Below, piece by piece: positions 56,001 through 64,000 of a stretch of DNA of 64,000 bases; the first letter of the stretch is position 1, and each line of letters starts with the position of its first letter. The notes under the pieces are model-generated. The model worked only from the letters and a program-made list of their open reading frames with translations, was not told the DNA's origin and searched no databases. Position numbers and translations under genes: made by a program. Source of the stretch: Protoeuglena noctilucae (taxonomy: Eukaryota); assembly GCA_958009085.1 (NCBI GenBank), contig OY253675.1:248001-312000 (forward strand), written 5' to 3'.

Positions 56001-56490
56001 GACAAAGGGCAAACGCAGTCGCGACGGCAAGGGTGGGGATGGGAGGGGTGGGGATGCGAGGGGTGGCGATGGGGATGCTGCCAAGAGCCCTGCTAAGAAG
56101 GCGCGGAGTGGTGCGGATGGGGCCGGCAAGACAAGCGGAGTAATAGTGGGGAGTGCCAATGGAGCTGGGGCTGCTGATGGGGTGGGTGGGGCAGGTGGCA
56201 AGGGTGCGCCTTTGAAGGGTGCGAGTGCGGGTGGCGGTGCGGGTGCGGGTGTCAGTGCGGGTGCAGGGGCCTCCAAAAAAGGTGCTGGGGTTGGCGAAAG
56301 GGGCAGAAGGGGCGGAGAGGGTGGGGCGGGGGACAGAGGGGCGAAGGGGCGGGGTGCAGGGGCGATGACTGGGGTGGCCGATGGGGTGGTGCCAGGGAGA
56401 CGCAAGGGTGCGAAAAGGGGGGTTGCTTCTGAGAAAGAGCCCGCGGCTGTTGCCAAGCGGACCCGGACGAACATGAAAGCGGCAGGATAG
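53099..56490 (+). CDS. Hypothetical protein with a small folded (ubiquitin-like?) N-terminal domain and a long G/S/K-rich disordered tail with NLS-like motifs
   Basis: Phase-compatible exons MRIFCWTYL|GTALAVDASS...TVAWLKQHIAASHRARFPDE|DDLDPSRAVLVIPG...FALLDDLPFLHILR|DDDTVYFL. Then GGKGA-type repeats, a poly-Ser tract, PARKRP, SPAKKAR and RRKGAKR. Stop TAG at 56490. Confidence 0.6.
54400..54690 (+). repeat. Coding tandem repeat encoding (A/V/S)EG(G/E/D/N)KG(A/S/V) heptapeptide-like units
   Basis: Repeated gagggtgggaaggg variants translating as SAEGGKGSVEGGKG...ASEGDKGASEGGKG...VAEGGKGAA. Confidence 0.75.
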
Positions 56491-56987
56491 AGACGGTGGC
56501 TTTCATGATGCCACCTTATTGCCGGTGTCGGTGCAGGGGTGCTTGAGATGTCAGTGGGTTGCTCCTGTTGTTTTTGTTGGCAGATTGGGGTCGCGACAGG
56601 CGTTTTTGCTATGGTGGGAGCGAGCTTTGAAAGCATGCTGGGGCATGTCTTTGAATGTCGGCATGCAGGCGCACAAAGTCTCACAGTCACAGCAGAGCGT
56701 CAGTGTGCTGGTCAGAGCGGCGTGGGCCAATGAGGCCTTCAAAATCTACCCCTTATAATCACTTGCACAGTGAACACACACACCCATCCCGCCTCCCATA
56801 CCTACACTGCTTGTCCCCACCCACCCCCCTTCACTTCCCACCCCACCAACCTCCACAACCCCTCTCAAATATTCTTCCATCTCCCTTTCACTTGACCCAC
56901 CCCCTCAGTTGTCTTCCTTGGCCCGCCGGTGCTTGACCAGTAACCCGCCGGTACTTGATCAGTAACCAGTCACAACCACCCACCCCC

Positions 56988-59080
56988 TCAGTTGTCCTTC
57001 TTGGCCCTCCTGTACTTGCTCGGCTTGCGCCCCGCCGCCGCCGCCTCGGCCGCCTCCTCCATCGCACGCTCCTCCTCCTCACCCGCATCACCACCCGCGT
57101 TGTCATCACCACCATCGCCGCCCTTCTCGCTCTCCTTCGCTGCACCCCCGTCGCCCAGGAGCTTCTCGTTAGCCTTGGCCTTGGCCTCCTGGTCCCTGGC
57201 CTTCTGTAGATGGGGAATAGTTGTAAGGGGCATGAAGATAGTATGACTGAGGTACCGGCAGTACAGACACACAGCACCCTTCCGAGGTAAGCTAGCCCAG
57301 CCATCCCTCCCTCACAGCCACTCCACCCACCTAGTCGTCCCAGACCTTCTCACAATCTCATGACCAATACAACTCCCAACTGTCACCTTGTCGTCCCAGG
57401 CCTCAAAGTCATCATGATTTATTACAACTCCCCAACCCTCACCTTGTCGTCCCAGGCCTTCTGGTCCCGGTCGTTCTCTCGGCTGTCCTTAGTCAAAAAG
57501 ACGCCGTTCATGACCACGATGAAGAAGACCATGATGCCGCTGACCAGGATGCCGAACTCGATGTTCTTCATGACCTGCAAAGAGAGGGGTTGGGTGGTGG
57601 GGTGAGTGGGGATGAGTCAGCAAGCGATGTTCTATGATAAGCTCTGTTGGAGAAAGGGCGGTGTGGGGGTGAGTCAGCACCCGTCGGCGTGTCGCCAGGC
57701 GTGGTCAACAGTACACCTGCATATCGCCATGCCGTGTGTCGCAATATGAAGTGAAACACAGCCGTTACGCACCGAGGCGTATTTGAGGAAGACAGGGTCC
57801 TCCCTCAGCTGGTTGTTGGTGGTCATCAGGAAGGCAATCTCCTCCACGCTCAGCTTCACGCCGTTGTTCTTTTCGATGTAGCGGCTCAGCAGGGCCTGGG
57901 CCAGGACGTAGTAGATGCGGCGGTCCTCCCGGAGAAGAAAATTTAAAACATACGTGGCCTGGGGATAGGGGGGGGGGGGGGGGGGGCGAGGGGGTTGATG
58001 ATGGCACAATTGACGTGTGGCCTGTCGTGGGCAAGGGCGGCGACGGGCGATGAGCTGCGTGGTATACATGACAGGACAGGGCCGCATGCCAGTATCAACG
58101 ACAGCCAGGGTCCAGATGCTGTCGGGGCTGTGGCGATGGGCCAAGGGGCGCAGGTGTTGCCGAGGGCGAGGTGGCCCCGCTAAGCAGGCTCGGGTTCAGC
58201 AGGCTCGGGCTCAGCACGCGCCTGGAAGAGGAAGGCTCCGAGGAAGACGTTGAGGATGGTGAAGATGATGATGGTGGTGCGCTCGCCGCGCCCGACGCGG
58301 TTGCCCGCCACCTGCGGGCACGACGTCAATGCTTTTTTCACCCCATGGACGTTCTTGCAAGCCAGCGGAGAGATGTTTGCATAGAACCGTGTTTAAACTA
58401 CCACGTCAGCGCGCACCTGGCCGGTGAGGTAGGCGCTCCCGCCCGCCATCGCGCAGAGGAACATGAGCATCTGGCTGGGCGCGTCGCGGGTGAAGATGTA
58501 TAGAGATCCCAAGTAGGAGGCGTAGACGACCACCCACACCCTGCGAGGGAGGGGCGGGCGAGGGCATGCGGCGCCTCCCGCGCGCCGCGGCGCGCCACAG
58601 GCCCGCCGGCCCCGCGGTTGTCACCACTGCACGTAGGTCAGGTATTTCAGGTGGCGGCGGTGCATGGCCATCCACTGCGGGACAGAGGGCCGCGGGGAGC
58701 CGTTGCGGGCGCCGCGAAGGCTCGCGCGGGCGCACGCAGAACGGCAAGAATCTCAGGGGGCGCGGGGAGCCACGGCCTCGCGCGCGTGACCCACGCCGCG
58801 CCGGCCAGGGACGGGCCACGCATTCTTCGTCCCCTTCGCATGCCGGCTGCGCAGTCTCAAGGTGCTCTAAGGGTGGCGGCCGGCGAAAAGGCGGGTAACG
58901 GTGGCAGGGCCGACCTTGTACCGGCTCTCGATGACCATACGGTTCTCTGCGTCCGTCCCATCGTTCGTAGGCATGCCCATGGAGCGGGCGACGTTCACGG
59001 TCTCGTTGTACATCATCGCGCCCCTCGGATCGACGTCGAAGAAAGGGTCCGGGGCTCGGACTGGGCAAGCGGAGTCTCGC
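56988..59080 (-). CDS. Hypothetical multi-pass membrane protein with acidic/charged C-terminal tail; start uncertain
   Basis: Hydrophobic exons WVWVVVYASYLGSLYIF, MLMFLCAMAGGSAYL, TIIIFTILNVFLGAFLFQ and IEFGILVSGIMVFFIVVMNGVFL. Ends RKPSKYRRAKKDN* at 56988. Confidence 0.65.
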
Positions 59081-59409
59081 ACGCGGACAATCGCTCGAAA
59101 TGTGGCATTGTGGGCAACTGCACCGCCGGGACGGTCGTCTCCCTGCCCGCAACGGTCGCTCTGACACCCCAAAAGGGGCACTTCCCCGCGCACCTCCCGG
59201 CCCTCCCGTCCCCTCTTCGTCGCAAAGCGGCAGCCGGGTCGAGGTCCACAACCCTCGCGCTTCCTCTCCGGCTAAAAACACTCTCGCGGGCTGCTCGTCT
59301 TCACGACCGCATCCGTTCACGGACTCCGCGAGCCCCGTCCAGCGGGGCGGCGCATTGCAGCTTCCTCTCTTGACGTGGCGTCCCCTAGGCTCCGGGCCTG
59401 CGGGAAGCC

Positions 59410-62400
59410 ATGAACTTCGACGCGTTTGACGCCTTCAGCACGTGGTTCCGGGGGCCACGGGCCAAGGACGACAATGGCGGGGGGTCCCGGGCGTCCTCCG
59501 TCACCGGTGAGGTCCTGTCCCGCCGGGCCCGCGCACATCGTTCCTCGCAGCCCCGCGGGGCCAGCGGGGCTACGAGCCCGGCGTGGATTCCCAAGGGCGC
59601 CCCGTATCGCCCGCGGGGCGAGCCGGCCGGCGCGGATGCCGTGCAGTCTTATCCAGAGTCGCAGATGCCGCGCATCGGCTGTTCGCGCGCGATCGCTCCT
59701 CGCTCGGCCCGCTCGCGCAGGTGCGTCAACTGTCTCGGTCCCCACGGAGCTCCCGGACGACCCGCAGACGCTCAAGACGATCATCAAGTGAGAAGCCCGC
59801 GGGAGGAGGAACGCGCGGTCGTGGATACATCGCATCGCCGCTTCCGCGGGCGGACGGTCCGCGCGATGGGTGCGAGTGGCCGGGGGAGGCACTGCGATGA
59901 TGATAGCGAACCCCGTCCCCGCCGCAGGCGCCTGAAGCAGGAGAACGCCACCCTCAAGTCCCGCACGACCTCCTACGTCTCCCGTGGGGCGCTCCTGCGC
60001 GATGGCCTGCTGTACATGGAGACCGACACCTCCCGTGAGCCCGCCGGCCCCGCGCCTCGGCCTCGCGCCCGCCGGGTCGCGCCCGCCGCGAGGACCTCGA
60101 GTGGGCTCGGAAACGCACAGCTGCGCTGCGCTCTTCCCCGCAGTCTTCTTCTCCGAGTCGTGGGTGCTGCGTTACTTCGTCCTGTCCGGCGACACGCTGG
60201 TGTACTACGCCGACGAGGGCGCCGAGAAGAGCAGCACGCCGCTCGGTTTCAAGCGCGTCGGAGGCACGCGTGTGCTCGTCGAGGGGCCCAAGAAGCACGG
60301 GCACTACTGGGCTTTCTTCGTCGATGCGGACGCCGGTGAGAGAGGCCTCTGCGCGACTCGCGAGCGGCGATCCGCCGCGGAAGGCGATCTGGCAAAGTGT
60401 CATGTAATTGTCTTCGCAGAGACGCCCGTGCGGCTGTCGACGGAGTCGAAGTCGGACCTGGACGGCTGGGTTCGCGCTTTGGAGCGCATCGGGTGCAAGG
60501 TGGAGTTCATGAGCGACGAGCTGCGGCCTCCCGCGCGGCAGTCGCGACGCGGGATCGCCGCGGCAGGAGAGCCGGAAGGCAAGAGACCCTTGGCGCAGCA
60601 TTGGGTCGGCGACGGTCCTTGCCTGTCCGATGCGCATCCTGCGGCCTCCAGTCGTCCGTTGCAAACCTCCCACATGAGCTAATCGCATCCATCGATCGCT
60701 CAGAACTACACACCCGCAGGTCTGGACCGCACGGGCTCGTCCTCGCGGCGCCAGAGCCTGGGCCAGCGCCGGGGTCACGCCGACGAGGTCGCCAACGCCA
60801 CGCCCGTGCTGCCCCGCACGCCCGTCAAGGAGAGCCCGGCGAAGGGCGGCGACAGCGCGCGCGGGGAGCCGGGGGACGGTCCCGGTGGCGCGGGCAAGGG
60901 AGGGGCGGGGGAGGGCGACAACGCGACGACGTCGGCCGTGACAATCGAGGAGACGGTACAGGCGAGTGGCTGTGGCTGTCGTGACTGGTGATGTGATTGA
61001 AAACGTGTGATAACCATAATCAGGTGAAAAGATGGTGCAGGCGAGTGGCTGTGGCCGCAGTTGACACACACGCATCTGCCGGTATCGTGTCCGACCATTC
61101 TATTGTCAGTCGCCTTATCGTTTTCATCTCACCGTGTTCCCTGTCGCAGAGGCACAAGCGCAAGCGGGGTGACATGCGTGGCAGCACGCCCCTCCACCGC
61201 CGGTCGGTCTTCTCGCCCCTCTCCTCCGAGGTGAGACCGAGAGAGCGAGCGAGTATTTAAGAGTGCAGTGCAACGTCTTTGCTCGTATGGGCGTGTATCA
61301 TGCATCATTATGATGCCTCTGTGACAGCGTAACAGGGTAAGCCATATTGCTGGCGCTGGTTGCTAGCTACCAGCACTTGCTCCTCTATCGGCCACCCACC
61401 CCCACCCAACCCCGCAGCGCACGGCCGAGCTCAACACCGACTGCTCTTACCTACACCTCCCTCACATTTCACTTACACCACTTCATAACACTTCACCCAC
61501 CCCTCACCCCCACCGCACAGCCGAGCTCAACAACGACTGCTATCGTATCAGCTATCACACGATATTCGAATAATCTTTTCACCCAACCCCAACCCCATCC
61601 ACCCCCAGCGCACGGCCGAGCTCAACACGGAGGGCCTCGTCAACCTCTGCGCCGTGGTGCTCCTGGCCGCCAACTTCCGCCTCATCCTGGAGAACATCCG
61701 CAAGTACGGTCTGCTGTCCAAGCCATTTGAGTGGCTGCGCATCACGGAGGTCCACCCAAGGCTCATGGCGTCGTGGCTGTCGCTGCCGACGCTGGCCATG
61801 GGGTCGCTGATGGTCGAGGTGAAAGTGGGATCAGGGATCTCTGTATTGTGTTCATGTCGTCAGCAACACTACTGCTACCCCACTGCTAGTGGAGGGGAGC
61901 AGTGGTGTGTTGGGAGGTGGATCGTTCCTGTTTTAGATCGTGGTGTTGCTGCTGGTATAGGTGAGCAGTGGTGGTGGTGATGGATTTGCGTCCTGGCTGT
62001 CGCTGCCGACGCTGGCCATGGGGTCGCTGATGGTGGAGGTGACTGGTAGGGTCAAAGGGAGGCCACGCCACAGTATATTGCCCCCCTCACTGATCAAACC
62101 ACAATCACCCCCCCACCCCCCCCAACCCCTCCTACCGGCCCCCCTCACCCTCACCCCTCAACCCACCCCTCACCTCCTCCCCCAGAAATGGGCCGCCTTG
62201 CGCCTGTCCAAGGAAAAGGGCAATAAGCGCGCCCGCCGCCTCACGGAGACCCTCACCGTCACCTGCCAAGCGGTGCTCACCACTTTGACCGTGGCACTGC
62301 CCTGCCTGGCCATGGCGTTCGAAAAGGGAGACCCCGCCATCCTCGCCATGCCGGGCTTCTTCCTCATTTCTTCCGCTGTCGTGCTGTGGATGAAGCTGGT

Positions 62401-63612
62401 CAGCTACGCGCACTGCTGTGCGGACTGCCGGGTGCTCAGGCGGCAGGGGGCGGCGTTGCCGGGGGAGCCGGGGTGCGAGGCGACGCTGGAGGACGTGCCG
62501 GCGGGGCAGGGGACGTACCCGGACAACCTGACGGTGCAGAACATGGTGAGGGGTGGTGGGGGTGTGAGGGGGTAGGGGGGTTGGGGAATGGTTGGAGCAG
62601 CTTGAATACTACTCAGCTATTACCCATCCCATCACTCTCAACCCCCGCAGCTGTACTTCATGGCCGCCCCCACGCTCACCTATCAGGTTGCGTACCCCCG
62701 CACCCCCAAGATCCGGTACAAGTGGTTGGCCAGGCGTGTGGCCGAGGCAGTCGTGACGGCCGCCCTCCTCGTCTTCCTCATCCAACAGGCGAGGAAAGGG
62801 TGTGAAGTGGTTGTTATTGTATAACCATTGATGATGATTGGTTATAGTAAGGGTGGATGGATACAAGATATGTATAAGTTGCAACTTAGTACTATGTAGC
62901 ATGCGAGTGGGGCTGTCGCGTGGTCATTATAACAGCAATCAATCCTTTTTTGTCTTCCCGCAGTACATCGAGCCGGCCGTGTCCAACTCCCTGGTCCCCT
63001 TCGACCAGATGGACCTTTCGCTGATCGTGGAGCGCATCCTCAAGATATCCCTCCCCATGCTCTACGTCTGGCTCACGGGGTCTTATTTGCTGTTCCACCT
63101 TCTGCTCAACATCTCCGCAGAAGTGCTCAGGTGAGAGAGGGATGGGGGGTGTGTTGGGTTGAATAATAAAGCAATGATTAATTTAATCGAGTCTAGTTAC
63201 TATAATATCAATTATCTAAATTGTAATGATAAAATTGTTGATATAATATAAACAATATGTATTTTATAAACATAAATTTATCAAAAAGACAGTGACCATT
63301 CCCTACCCCCTTGGCAGGTTTGGCGACCGCGAGTTCTACCGTGATTGGTGGAACGCCCACACGCTCGAGGACTACTGGCGTTTGTGGAATATGCCCGTGC
63401 ACCGCTGGATGCTCCGCACCGTCTACTTCCCGTGCATGCGCGCGGGGCTGGGCAAGTCCGGGAGCGTGTTCGCGGTGTTCTTCGTTTCGGCCGTGTTTCA
63501 CGAGCTGGTGGTGGGGGTGCCGCTGCGGCTCTTCCGAGCGTGGGCGTTTTTGGGGATCATGTTCCAGATCCCCCTCATCATGCTCACGCAGTGGATGGAC
63601 GCGCGGCTCAAG
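59410..63612 (+). CDS. DGAT1: Diacylglycerol acyltransferase type 1 (MBOAT) with N-terminal pleckstrin-homology domain; 3' end beyond the window
   Basis: HRRSVFSPLSSE, GLVNLCAVVLLAANFRLILENIRKYG, WMKLVSYAH, YPDNLT, YFMAAPTLTYQ, QQYIEP, FGDREFYRDWWNA, YWRLWNMPVHRW, FVSAVFHE (catalytic His). PH-like SWVLRYFVLSGDTLVYY...VRLSTESKSDLDGWVRAL at 60158-60480. Confidence 0.95.
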
Positions 63613-63862
63613 GTGGGACGCATGGACTGGATATCGATAGTAATGATAGTAACGATAGTATTGATGGTAATAGTCGTGGTGATTTTCTTATCATGCTCAC
63701 GCAGTGGATGGACGCCAGGCTAGGGGAGGCGGGGTGGGGGCGGTGATGGTTATAGTAATAGTGCTGGAAGGAAGAGTACCTTTTCTGCAGTCTTACATGA
63801 CCTCATAAGCGCTGCTGCACCCCACGCCACCCACCCCACCCTACTTATCGCAGTTCGCACCC

Positions 63863-64000
63863 CACCTCACCTCACCTCACCTCACCTCACCTCACCTCAC
63901 CTCACCTCACCTCACCTCACCTCACCTCACCTCACCTCACCTCACCTCACCTCACCTCACCTCACCTCACCTCACCTCACCTCACCTCACCTCACCTCAC
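63863..64000. repeat. (CTCAC)n pentanucleotide microsatellite running off the window end
   Basis: Perfect ctcac repeats from about 63863 to 64000, inside a DGAT1 intron. Confidence 0.95.

Noticed and set aside
63863..64000. Telomeric repeat
   Set aside because: The unit CTCAC/GTGAG is not a TTAGGG or TTTAGGG-type telomere motif, and it lies inside an unfinished DGAT1 gene.

Overview
This window is GC-rich, gene-dense, intron-rich eukaryotic nuclear DNA. It is most consistent with a green alga (inferred from the PH-DGAT1 fusion, the WD40-type inositol 5-phosphatase and GC3-biased exons), and it uses the standard genetic code. Recognisable genes are RPL14, an EH-domain/WD40/inositol polyphosphate 5-phosphatase, a secreted and probably GPI-anchored protein resembling coral SAARP/CARP4, two tandem full-length ABCB (MDR/P-glycoprotein) transporters, DPH1, a possible FSIP1-like protein, CDC48/p97 and a PH-domain DGAT1 that runs off the window end. 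About six hypothetical genes are also present. No RNA genes, CRISPR arrays or transposase/RT ORFs were recognised. The strongest unexplained signal is a set of 'exon-edge echoes': about 18 near-identical 15-60 nt copies of exon termini, usually with their splice site, sitting in the adjacent intron (one in a 3' UTR) in four different genes. They occur only in a distinct intron class that is G-rich at the 5' end, AT-rich in the middle and C-rich at the 3' end, and that appears only in distal gene bodies. Other signals: the ABCB paralogs have near-identical NBD tracts including introns (gene conversion) yet differ at 7 intron positions; GC-AG introns are frequent; and the 5-phosphatase has a synaptojanin-like endocytic motif layout. 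All exon boundaries were read by eye, and several start codons are tentative.
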